Source: a virus (taxonomy: Duplodnaviria > Caudoviricetes). From it: a stretch of DNA of 24,992 nucleotides. The translations under genes and the position numbers were made by a program. Under the pieces are notes generated by a model. It ran no database searches. It was not told the DNA's origin and worked only from the letters and a program-made list of their open reading frames with translations. The DNA lies in the IMG/VR virus record IMGVR_UViG_3300017784_007107, positions 1 to 24,992 of that record, one strand, 5' to 3'. Of the stretch, positions 17,114 to 24,992 are shown in pieces (positions within the stretch are counted from its first letter, which is position 1; each line of letters starts with the position of its first letter).

Positions 17114-18139
17114 TTAGAATGATTCTTGGTATATTGAATGTAATAGATCTTTGATTCTATGCTTATTTAAATCTATCTCAGATTCATCAACATATTTACT
17201 TAATAGCGATAGGGTATCTTCAGTTTCAACCAGTTCATCAGAATCAAAATTTTGATTTATATTGAGAGTATCTATAACTTTCAAATCTAATGGTTGAGAT
17301 TTGATCATTAGATCTACAAAGTTGTCAAACTTTTTTTGATTTTTTTTATTCTTGACAATTAATTTTACCATACATCCTTGATATTGTGATAAATCATCTT
17401 CAACATCATCTTCATTATAATTACAAATCTTAAACATTTCATATGGATTATTGATTTTTTGTATATTATTTGTTTCAGTATCCCAAATTGTAAATCCTCT
17501 AGTGTCTCCACAATCATTCCAATATAATTGATATGGATTTCCTAGATAGAAAATTTTACCATCATCACTTCTAGTATGATAGTGTCCAGAAAAAACAGTA
17601 TCAAATTTATTAAATACTTTACTGTCCATTCCAATTGCTTGTATATGCTCTCTGTAGGCATAGAACCCAGACAATTCTAGATGTCCCATAGATACTCTAG
17701 ATGTTGTGTTTTGAATTGCTCTGAGAGTCTCAGACTCACTCTCAGATGTTATCCAAGGTATGAATAGAATATCTTTTCCCCCAATGTTTACATCAATAGG
17801 TTTGGTGTGAATTGTAATATTTTTATAATCACTAATTAGGAGTTGTGGACTATTTAATTTATTGGTATTTTTATAAAAAATATCATGATTCCCAAGAATC
17901 AAATGAACTGTATATTTTTTTAGTGGTTCTAGAATTACTCTCTTAGTCCAATCAATACTCCAATAATCAGTTGTTTTACGATTATCAAACATATCCCCCA
18001 AATGAATTACTGTATCAATTTTATATTTTCTTAAAGTTGGAAAAAATAATTCTTTATAAAATTTTTCAAAATAATCATGAAAAATTTTACTCCCTTTTTT
18101 AAAGTTATAATGAGTATCAGTAATGATTGCAACTAACAT
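17114..18139 (-). CDS. gp47: Mre11/SbcD-like recombination endonuclease subunit (T4 gp47)
   Basis: Metallophosphoesterase motifs TDTH, HLGDMFD, GNHD, GHLE, SGHYH and YLGNPY. Confidence 0.96.
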   Translation of the reverse strand: MLVAIITDTHYNFKKGSKIFHDYFEKFYKELFFPTLRKYKIDTVIHLGDMFDNRKTTDYWSIDWTKRVILEPLKKYTVHLILGNHDIFYKNTNKLNSPQLLISDYKNITIHTKPIDVNIGGKDILFIPWITSESESETLRAIQNTTSRVSMGHLELSGFYAYREHIQAIGMDSKVFNKFDTVFSGHYHTRSDDGKIFYLGNPYQLYWNDCGDTRGFTIWDTETNNIQKINNPYEMFKICNYNEDDVEDDLSQYQGCMVKLIVKNKKNQKKFDNFVDLMIKSQPLDLKVIDTLNINQNFDSDELVETEDTLSLLSKYVDESEIDLNKHRIKDLLHSIYQESF

Positions 18140-18149
18140 AATTTAATCA

Positions 18150-18638
18150 TCATAAAAACTTATAATTAATTTTATCTTTAATGTTATTCATGTCTGATGA
18201 TGTATAACCTAAGTCTGAAATATCTGCACAAAAAACTTCATCAAATCCAGATCTTTCAATAATTTTTGTTTTAATTTCAAGTTGTTTCTTTTCTTTTGCA
18301 ATTCTCCTCAGAAAAGCATAGTATACAATTTGAGTGAAGTATGCAAATGGGTTTGTTCTTTCTACATCAAAATTATGTATATACTGAATACAATTCTCAA
18401 TCCCATCACAAATCATATCATCTTTAAACATATAGTTTACAAAATTTGGTTTGTATGATAAGTGTGTTGCAATTTTTAAGAAACATTCTCCAAGGTAATT
18501 ACTAATTCTTGGTTTTGGTAATCCTTGTTCCTTTGCTATGTCAATTTTTTTATTATACTCAACTAATGCAAGATGAAATTCTTTATTACTTACGTAATGT
18601 TCTGATCTTTTTTTATCTTTGGTCATTATCTTTAGCAT
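18150..18638 (-). CDS. gp55: Late sigma factor (T4 gp55)
   Basis: HYVSNKEF...YLGECFLKIATHLSYKPNFVNY...DMICDGIENC...NPFAYFTQI...AFLRRIAKEKKQ. The start may instead be the ATG at 18626. Confidence 0.96.
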   Translation of the reverse strand: MLKIMTKDKKRSEHYVSNKEFHLALVEYNKKIDIAKEQGLPKPRISNYLGECFLKIATHLSYKPNFVNYMFKDDMICDGIENCIQYIHNFDVERTNPFAYFTQIVYYAFLRRIAKEKKQLEIKTKIIERSGFDEVFCADISDLGYTSSDMNNIKDKINYKFL

Positions 18639-18662
18639 TGAGTATTTTTTCTAAGTATCCAA

Positions 18663-18691
18663 ATGATAACATTATTACTAGGTTTTAGCAA
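18663..18691 (-). promoter_or_regulatory. Sigma70-type promoter TTGCTA-N17-TATCAT with extended -10 TG, for gp55-gp47-gp46
   Basis: -35 at 18686-18691, -10 at 18663-18668, intergenic, about 25 nt upstream of gp55. Confidence 0.65.
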
Positions 18692-18695
18692 GAAG

Positions 18696-18724
18696 TTGAC
18701 ATGGTATTAAGAATCTACTAAAAT
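18696..18724 (+). promoter_or_regulatory. Sigma70-type promoter TTGACA-N17-TAAAAT on the antisense strand
   Basis: TTGACA at 18696-18701, 17-nt spacer, TAAAAT at 18719-18724. It points into the 3' end of the minus-strand Sm-like/uvsW genes. Confidence 0.6.
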
Positions 18725-18755
18725 AACTCTGTCAGGTTTCAAGAAAATATAATAA

Positions 18756-19136
18756 CTAACTATTTCTATAAGTATCCTCTAGAGACCTTCTTGCATCATC
18801 TACCTTGGAAATGAGTCCCATTTTTCTATCAATATTTATTCTTTGAGTTACTTTATTAAATTTCTGATATACTTTAATAATGTTAATATCAGTAACTTCA
18901 GTCATAGTTATAACTTTAGTTAAGTCAATGATATACATATCGTCTTTAGGTATTGACATCCAAGGTTTAATCTTATATCCTTCTAATATTCCTAATTTAG
19001 ATATGAGAGGAATAATTATAATGGGATTATCCATGAGTAGCAAGGTTCTATCTTCATCTATAGATGCACAAACTAAAGCAAAGATTTCTTCACCTGAAAC
19101 TAATTTAATTGCTGCATAAAATTCATCTTCCATCAT
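18756..19136 (-). CDS. Conserved hypothetical protein, predicted Sm-like fold
   Basis: FYAAIKLVSGEEIFA...MDNP...IKPWM...KVITMTE...MGLISKV. Usual position between uvsW and gp55. Confidence 0.82.
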   Translation of the reverse strand: MMEDEFYAAIKLVSGEEIFALVCASIDEDRTLLLMDNPIIIIPLISKLGILEGYKIKPWMSIPKDDMYIIDLTKVITMTEVTDINIIKVYQKFNKVTQRINIDRKMGLISKVDDARRSLEDTYRNS

Positions 19137-20595
19137 TTTTTAAATTTACATTTATGATTTGATAATCAAAGTTTTCTTCATTGTAGATTTTAATTCTCTC
19201 CACTAAATGGTTAAGGGTATAATTTCTTTTACCATTGTGAGTAATATCATCTGCAATATCGTATAATGTTGCTGATGCCTTTTCTTTACTTTTTCTAAGA
19301 ACTCTACCTATTGATTGTAAATTTCTTATTCTAGATTTACTGGGTGATGCAAAGACAACATTGTGTAAGTTTCTAATATTGATACCTGTACTAAAAGTGC
19401 CATAAGAAGCAACAATAATCGCATTTGATTCGTCCTCTGTGATTTTTCTTACTAATTCTCTTTCTTCAGTATCAACTCCACCATGAATAAAAAATATTTT
19501 TCTAGATTCACTTACATGTTTATTTATTAGATCATAAAGAGGCTCACCATGAGTAATTACTCTACTAAACAAAACTAAAGTATTTCCAGTTAAATCCAAT
19601 ACTAAATTTTTAATAAAATTATTTCTCTTAGAATTTCCAATTAAATATTGTACTTCTTCTTCATAATCATTTATTTTTTTTGAATCATGTTTAAGTATTA
19701 AGACTTTAATATTTAATTTAGATAAGTATCCTTTCTTGATTAGTTCATCAGTTTTGATTAATTTATAAGTTGGTCCAAATAAACCTTCTAATACTAATTT
19801 ATGAGTTTGTGATCCATCTAAAGTTCCAGTAAACCCAAATCTATATTTGGCATTATCTAGTTTAGTCATTATACTAACAAGAGACTTAGATTTGAATTGG
19901 TGAGCTTCATCACCAATTACAACATTATAATTAGAAAAATAAGACTTTTCTAATTTGTAAATAGATTGCCAAGTTGAAATTGTAACAGGCAATTCTGAAG
20001 TTCTATCATTACCACCATAAACCTTATGGCAATATTTTTCAGAATCCCAACCATAATCTTCAAAGTCTTTATACATCTGTTCAACTAATGATGTAGTTGG
20101 CACTATCAATAAAATTCTCATATTTTTTTCAATGAAATATCTAACAATAGAATATATCATTAAGGATTTTCCTGATGCAGTTGGTGATAGAAGTAATTTT
20201 CTTTTATATCTAAGTGCATCATACACACCTTGGATTTGATAATCTCTTGGTTTATGAGTACAGATACTAGTCATATAATCTGAAACTCCCTCCATAGAAA
20301 TAGAATCATCTATCTCACCAACAGGACCATAATACTTATTTTCACAAAGTTCAAATGTATACTTATAGTTTTCGCAAAATGTAATAAGTTTATCTAATAA
20401 TCCAGAGTATATTTCTCCTGTTTGTACATTAAATAATCTAATTTTACCATCCCAATGATGACTTCTAAACTGAGGCATGAATTTTGCCCCAGGGATATCA
20501 AATGTAAATTGATCACTTAGCTCATATTTAATATGAGCATCACATTCTACCTTTAGGTAAACTTCATTTTTTTTAACAATAACTAAATCTACCAT
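19123..20595 (-). CDS. uvsW: SF2 DNA helicase UvsW
   Basis: WDGKIRLF, PRDYQ, SPTASGKS, GDEAH, GFTGT, TFSTG and LQSIGRVLR. Confidence 0.97.
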   Translation of the reverse strand: MVDLVIVKKNEVYLKVECDAHIKYELSDQFTFDIPGAKFMPQFRSHHWDGKIRLFNVQTGEIYSGLLDKLITFCENYKYTFELCENKYYGPVGEIDDSISMEGVSDYMTSICTHKPRDYQIQGVYDALRYKRKLLLSPTASGKSLMIYSIVRYFIEKNMRILLIVPTTSLVEQMYKDFEDYGWDSEKYCHKVYGGNDRTSELPVTISTWQSIYKLEKSYFSNYNVVIGDEAHQFKSKSLVSIMTKLDNAKYRFGFTGTLDGSQTHKLVLEGLFGPTYKLIKTDELIKKGYLSKLNIKVLILKHDSKKINDYEEEVQYLIGNSKRNNFIKNLVLDLTGNTLVLFSRVITHGEPLYDLINKHVSESRKIFFIHGGVDTEERELVRKITEDESNAIIVASYGTFSTGINIRNLHNVVFASPSKSRIRNLQSIGRVLRKSKEKASATLYDIADDITHNGKRNYTLNHLVERIKIYNEENFDYQIINVNLKNDGR

Positions 20596-20596
20596 A

Positions 20597-21028
20597 TTAT
20601 AATCCTGATTGGAATCTCAAAAAATCTATTGAGTTTTTTATTTGAAAAGATCTATTAGTAATAATTTTTATAATTTCTTCTAAGTATTTTAATATTACAT
20701 CATAATAATCTATCTTTAGATTAATTTCATTTAAGTCATCATCTGCATCTAGATATTTTAATAATGTTTCTTTATCTCTAATCTTATATGGAAATGGATT
20801 TTCTTTATAAACTTCTGGGTCAGATTTTCCATTATAATAATTTGATTTTTCTAATTTCTTTGTTTTATATGTAATTAATACTTTTTTTCTAAGTAGTGTT
20901 GTATTATTATAAATTTGATAATATTTTGAATGTAATATTGGAATTTTTAATGATTCATTATGTAAATCATCTATATTAATCTTAGAATCCTCATTCCACA
21001 TATCTTGAATTATATCTAAAGAGATCAT
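20597..21028 (-). CDS. uvsY: Recombination mediator UvsY
   Basis: WNEDSKI...ESLKIPILHSKYY...YLDADDD...RSFQIKNSIDF. Located between gp3 and uvsW. Confidence 0.9.
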   Translation of the reverse strand: MISLDIIQDMWNEDSKINIDDLHNESLKIPILHSKYYQIYNNTTLLRKKVLITYKTKKLEKSNYYNGKSDPEVYKENPFPYKIRDKETLLKYLDADDDLNEINLKIDYYDVILKYLEEIIKIITNRSFQIKNSIDFLRFQSGL

Positions 21029-21588
21029 AAATTGTTTCCAGTTGCATCTACTATTTTGTAATAAGTATACTTGAAATTAACTTCTGCTGTAAAGAATTGA
21101 ATATCTGTTGCTGTTGCATCAAACTGTAGCGTTGATAAGTATGTTGGGAACATCCCAGAAAAAATTACTTGAGAAGTTACATTAAAATTACTATTTAATA
21201 TTTGAAGAGTTGCATCTGAGTATTCATAAAAGTTTGATTTGAGTGCATCATCATTATAATTTTCACTATCATCAATCAAATCTTGATATTGTTCTAAACT
21301 ATATGGGAATCCTAAACCAATCATCCAATTATGAATTTCCATATAGTTTTCTAGATTTTCATCTACTAAAAATCTTAGATTAAAATCTTCAAAATTTATT
21401 TTATCTCCAGGGATGTCAATATTTTTTCCATATCTAGTTTGAAGTGCAGTACCTAAAGTAATTGCAGGAATGTTAGCAGAATTTGAATAAAAATCTACCT
21501 TAGGTACTTTATTTAATTTAAAATTAAATCCAACAGGAGATAGAAAATTTCTATTCCCTGGTTGATTTTGCCAAGTACTTACAGTCAT
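21025..21588 (-). CDS. gp3: Tail tube terminator / tail completion protein (T4 gp3-like)
   Basis: NRNFLSPVGF...ANIPAITLG...PGDKINF...FLVDENLENYMEIHNW...SDATL...FPT. Follows gp23. Confidence 0.88.
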   Translation of the reverse strand: MTVSTWQNQPGNRNFLSPVGFNFKLNKVPKVDFYSNSANIPAITLGTALQTRYGKNIDIPGDKINFEDFNLRFLVDENLENYMEIHNWMIGLGFPYSLEQYQDLIDDSENYNDDALKSNFYEYSDATLQILNSNFNVTSQVIFSGMFPTYLSTLQFDATATDIQFFTAEVNFKYTYYKIVDATGNNL

Positions 21589-21597
21589 TTTTTGAAC

Positions 21598-21605
21598 TAT
21601 TTATT
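21598..21605 (-). promoter_or_regulatory. Late promoter-like AATAAATA upstream of gp3
   Basis: Plus-strand tatttatt at 21598-21605, between the gp23 terminator and the gp3 ATG. Confidence 0.6.
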
Positions 21606-21609
21606 CCAT

Positions 21610-21635
21610 AAAAAAAGGACCCCATTGGGGTCCTT
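21610..21635 (-). terminator. Rho-independent terminator after gp23
   Basis: Minus strand reads AAGGACCCC-AAT-GGGGTCCTT running into a T-run, about 20 nt past the gp23 stop. Confidence 0.9.
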
Positions 21636-21654
21636 GAAGAATGTGAAAATTGAC

Positions 21655-23079
21655 TCACATAAGATTTTTGATTTGTACTCTTCTATAGTATCTATTGGTG
21701 TTTTGTTGAATTCTACCAAGTCCTTGATCAGTACCTTCAGCATATGGGTTTGAAACCATACCATATCTAGTCTTAAATCCAATTTTTGGTTGGAAGTTAT
21801 CTTGTCCCACAGCACGCACCATCTGTAATGGCACATATGGGCAATAGAAAATTCCAGCATCATATGGATTAGTACCTTTATATCCAACAACATAATATTG
21901 ATCTGCTGAAATATTAGCAGAGAATGGATCAATATAAACTTTGAATTTGCCATTCAATATACCAGCAAAAGTATTGCCAGTATCATCTACATTCAAATTG
22001 GCATTAAGGGCAGGTGTATAATCAAGTAGACCTGCCATAGTGAGTGCAGAAGCCACATCAGCAGAACAAAGGATTACATTACCTTTCCCTCTTCTTGTTC
22101 TTTGAGCGATTGCATTAGCATCTCTCTCAAGTTGGAACAGAAGTCCTTTGAATTTCTCAACAGACCATCTACCATTAGAATCCACATCTAGGTCAAAGAT
22201 ACCTGCATTAGCCACATTGGTTTGTGCGCCAGTTTCAGCTACCTTGTAGATGGTTCTAATGATCTCTCTGTTGATTTCTGCAAGAATTTCAGTTGACAGA
22301 ATGTTAGCCAACTCAGCTTCAGCATCAAGTCCATGAATTGCCTTAAGATCTTGTGCAAGTTCTAAGGTGTATTCTGCCTTGAGTGCTCTTGACTTTGCAG
22401 TAACTGAGAGCTTCTCAATACTGAATGCCATTTGGTTGAATGCATTGTTAGATGCATCTCCTAATGCTTCAAGAGCAGCAGTGCTCATACCTTGACCAAC
22501 TTTATAGTCAACTCCAAGGGCACCTGAGGAATTCAATGCAGCAGGATTACTACCAGCTGCATTGCCACCAAGAGCAAATCCAGTAGTACCAAAACCTACA
22601 GAAGCTCCACCATCAGAACCACCAGTGTAGTCTCCTTGAGTCAGGTTAGCATTATTGTTCTGTGATGAGAATGCAGTATCAGGCTCATTGAATAGAGCTT
22701 CAGTACCATCTTGATTTACATATCTGGTTCTCATTGCAAAGATTAGTCCAGTAGGACCATTCATTGGCTGAACACCAGCAAGATCATATGCAACCAAATT
22801 AGGCATTGAACGTCTGATCAATGAGATCAGAACAGGATCAAAACCTGCAACAGGACCAGCAGCTGCTGCTGAACCTGAGAATCCAGGATTACTTGAGGAT
22901 TGGGTGTTGAAGTTTGGAGCAGCCTCAGAAATAAAGGCTCTCTCTTCTCTTAAAAATCTTTCTTGGTTTTCTAGCAGTTGGGCGGTAACTGCTCTTCTGT
23001 AAGGATCCTTGATGTTATCAAGACCCTCTGCTTCCAGAAGAGGTTCCCACTTTTTCTGCAACTGTTCTGAAAGGAACAT
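21655..23079 (-). CDS. gp23: Major capsid protein (T4 gp23)
   Basis: FDPVLISLIRR, GVQPMNGPTGLIFAMR, KSRALKAEYTLELAQDLKAIHGLDAE, FYCPYVPL and FQPKIGFKTRYG. Shine-Dalgarno AAGGAG at 23088-23093. Confidence 0.99.
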   Translation of the reverse strand: MFLSEQLQKKWEPLLEAEGLDNIKDPYRRAVTAQLLENQERFLREERAFISEAAPNFNTQSSSNPGFSGSAAAAGPVAGFDPVLISLIRRSMPNLVAYDLAGVQPMNGPTGLIFAMRTRYVNQDGTEALFNEPDTAFSSQNNNANLTQGDYTGGSDGGASVGFGTTGFALGGNAAGSNPAALNSSGALGVDYKVGQGMSTAALEALGDASNNAFNQMAFSIEKLSVTAKSRALKAEYTLELAQDLKAIHGLDAEAELANILSTEILAEINREIIRTIYKVAETGAQTNVANAGIFDLDVDSNGRWSVEKFKGLLFQLERDANAIAQRTRRGKGNVILCSADVASALTMAGLLDYTPALNANLNVDDTGNTFAGILNGKFKVYIDPFSANISADQYYVVGYKGTNPYDAGIFYCPYVPLQMVRAVGQDNFQPKIGFKTRYGMVSNPYAEGTDQGLGRIQQNTNRYYRRVQIKNLM

Positions 23080-23147
23080 TGCTTTTTCTCCTTATAAGTC
23101 TTTGTAAAGTGTTTATTTAACTACAAATATTTAGCATAACCTAAAAT

Positions 23148-24284
23148 TCACTTAAATTTAGAAATTGCCTTCAAGTATGAATTCATTTGAGGAGAATAGT
23201 CCTCATTATTTTCTTGAATTAAAATTTCTTCTGATTTAGAACCTAATGCTCTTGGAAAATATGATTCTCTAAGAGTTTCTAGTTTCTTGCGATATGTATT
23301 CTCACTTTCAAACCCAACACTTTCAACAAGACTTGCAAGTTTTTCTTTCTGAGTTAAAGCTAACCCTTCAGAAACATCATTGAAGATGCTACCACTTACA
23401 GCCTCACTTAGTCTTTGATTTAGTTGAACATTTCTTGTGATTTGTTCGTTGAGTTTTGACTCCATTTCGTCTAGTCTTTCGACCATTCCTTCTAGGACAT
23501 TATATTTTTCTTCAGGTATTTCTACATAATGCTCTTCAAATAGTCCTTTTAGGCCAGTCATGAAGGACTCTGATAGTTCTGACCTAATACCTGTTTCAAC
23601 TTGAAGAGCATTCTCTTCAACCCATTCTTCTGCAACATACTCAAGATAGGCATCTAATCTTTGAGTAAGATCTTCTCTAATAGAATCAACTTCAGATTCA
23701 AGTTCAGTTTGATACTGACTTTGAAGAAGTTCTAATGCTGCAATTATTTTAGATTTAACTGCAGCTTCAAAAATGGTTGTTGCTTTTTCTATAAATGAAT
23801 CTGAAAGATTTTCACCCTCCATAAGAGCATTGATATCATCAGTATGATCTAGATCTTCATTGGTGATCATATCAATAACATCTTTCAAAGTAGGATTTGA
23901 AGTTTCATCTAGTTCTTCTTCCTCATCCTCTACTTGACCTTCTTCATATTCAGAAACCACATCCTCTTCATCTACTTCAGTTTCTTCATATGACATTGCA
24001 GATGTATTTGCCTTTTGCATTGGGTCAGGATTAGATGCTCCTTTATGTTGAACATCCCTTACTGCCTTAAGCTTTCCTGTAGGAGTTTTATACTTGTTTG
24101 AATCATCAGTTGATTTTGAATTCTGTGGAGTTGGACCTCCCAAGTCTTCTACACCACCAACAAGACCCTCACCAGGAATAGTTGCCTTAGGCATACTTTC
24201 CCCAGGCTTAGCTGAACTATTTACTGCAGTTACAGATTTTTTAGTAGATACTTCCATTTCTTGTAAATCGTTACCGACACTCAT
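23148..24284 (-). CDS. gp22: Prohead core scaffold protein (T4 gp22)
   Basis: Acidic protein with EDLGGPTP, KATTIFEAAV, YLEYVAEEWVEEN, ESFMTGLKGLFEEHY and LRESYF. Located between gp21 and gp23. Confidence 0.93.
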   Translation of the reverse strand: MSVGNDLQEMEVSTKKSVTAVNSSAKPGESMPKATIPGEGLVGGVEDLGGPTPQNSKSTDDSNKYKTPTGKLKAVRDVQHKGASNPDPMQKANTSAMSYEETEVDEEDVVSEYEEGQVEDEEEELDETSNPTLKDVIDMITNEDLDHTDDINALMEGENLSDSFIEKATTIFEAAVKSKIIAALELLQSQYQTELESEVDSIREDLTQRLDAYLEYVAEEWVEENALQVETGIRSELSESFMTGLKGLFEEHYVEIPEEKYNVLEGMVERLDEMESKLNEQITRNVQLNQRLSEAVSGSIFNDVSEGLALTQKEKLASLVESVGFESENTYRKKLETLRESYFPRALGSKSEEILIQENNEDYSPQMNSYLKAISKFK

Positions 24285-24320
24285 TTGTATGCTCCGAATA
24301 AAAATCTTTAATTTATTCTA

Positions 24321-24332
24321 TATTTATTTATA
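24321..24332 (-). promoter_or_regulatory. Overlapping late promoters TATAAATAAATA upstream of gp22
   Basis: TATAAATA at 24325-24332 plus AATAAATA at 24321-24328, intergenic, just after the gp21 stop. Confidence 0.8.
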
Positions 24333-24334
24333 AT

Positions 24335-24985
24335 TTATAAATTTAACAGATATTCACCAAACAATTTAAGTTTAGTTTTCTCATCAATTTTTTTAGTTGT
24401 TGAAATTTTATTAACTTTCTTTTGAATGTAAGAGGCATTCATTTCTTTTAAAATTCCACCATCCCACACCCAATCCTTACCTTCCATAATGCCTTCAATA
24501 AATGCATCTGGTGCAGATGGGTCTGCAACTATATCAGCAGCAGTTGCAAGCATAAAGTCATCTCCAATATACTTAATACCATTCTTTTCAATTAAAGATC
24601 CAACTCCTCTAGATGATACTCCAAGCTTTACCCCTTCACCCAACAAAGATTTTGCAATATTCCCCATGGGAGTATCTAAAATTTTTGCTTTACCAATAAA
24701 ATTATTACCTTCACAAGTTAAACTTGTAATCATATGAGAAACTCTATCCAAATTTACTGTAGGTCCATTTGGGTGTCCAAGTTCACCTAGAGCTCTACCT
24801 TTAGATATAAATCCATCATTATATTTTTCAACTTCTCTAGAAAGCACTGATAATGGATAATATCTTCCATTTCTATTGGCAATTTCTGCTTGAAGAAATG
24901 GTCCCCTGATATACAAGGTTTGTTTCCCATTTTTTTCTTCAGTAATAATTTCTACTGATTCTATTTCTTCTGTGATGAGTTTCAT
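24335..24985 (-). CDS. gp21: Prohead protease (T4 gp21)
   Basis: MKLITE, NRNGRYY, ALGELGHP, LDRVSH, LGVSSRGVGS and DIVADPSAPDAF. Confidence 0.97.
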   Translation of the reverse strand: MKLITEEIESVEIITEEKNGKQTLYIRGPFLQAEIANRNGRYYPLSVLSREVEKYNDGFISKGRALGELGHPNGPTVNLDRVSHMITSLTCEGNNFIGKAKILDTPMGNIAKSLLGEGVKLGVSSRGVGSLIEKNGIKYIGDDFMLATAADIVADPSAPDAFIEGIMEGKDWVWDGGILKEMNASYIQKKVNKISTTKKIDEKTKLKLFGEYLLNL

Positions 24986-24992
24986 GGTTATG

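Noticed and set aside
21597-21953. 118-aa alternative-frame ORF over the gp23 3' end, considered as a possible frameshifted capsid extension
   Set aside because: It has typical off-frame Leu/Ile-rich composition, no convincing slippery site was found, and it would run through the terminator and add only about 19 codons past the gp23 stop.
23113-23135. CTAAATA / TTAAATA motifs upstream of gp23 as a late promoter
   Set aside because: Plausible, but they deviate from TATAAATA and I could not decide which, if either, is used, so they are not listed as a feature.
1134-24737. Plus-strand ORFs in the track (1134, 3077, 3600, 5221, 7805, 8775, 15650, 18880, 21562, 24094, 24489)
   Set aside because: All are antisense shadows of well-supported minus-strand genes, with no recognisable motifs and mostly non-ATG starts. 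18880..19119 lies downstream of the antisense promoter but has no other support.
1-24992. Stop-codon reassignment, since TAG ends only two genes (6546 and 18756)
   Set aside because: Core genes are full length under the standard code with no internal TAG or TGA. Rare TAG use is normal in AT-rich phages.
1-24992. tRNA genes, CRISPR arrays, IS elements
   Set aside because: Intergenic gaps are all under about 120 nt and are explained by promoters and terminators. No cloverleaf, repeat-spacer array or transposase was seen.

Overview
AT-rich fragment of a T4-like myovirus genome, most resembling cyanomyoviruses (Kyanoviridae-like). The host cannot be determined from this window. All credible genes are on the minus strand. 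In transcription order (right to left) they are: head genes gp21-gp22-gp23, gp3, uvsY, uvsW, an Sm-like protein, gp55, gp47, a small hypothetical, gp46, a DUF3310-like protein, gp45, a DenV-like glycosylase, a 2OG-Fe(II) oxygenase, gp44, gp62, regA, two Sm-like proteins, gp43, uvsX, an Asp/Asn beta-hydroxylase-like oxygenase, gp41 and mazG. A tightly overlapping accessory run follows: putative PD-(D/E)xK nuclease, amino-DNA methyltransferase, 74-aa ORF, and a cytidylyltransferase-like protein with a T4-type capsid-targeting N-terminus. The window ends in late/virion-type genes, one of which is truncated at the left edge and missing from the ORF track. T4 late promoters (TATAAATA), sigma70-type promoters and intrinsic terminators are readable. 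The most interesting signals are a phage-borne nuclease/methyltransferase pair, a late promoter-hairpin-early promoter element after regA that could produce a ~65-nt RNA next to Sm-like genes, a near-consensus antisense promoter back-to-back with the gp55 promoter, a possibly virion-packaged nucleotidyltransferase, and strong CpG depletion. All protein calls come from motif recognition and synteny, not database searches.
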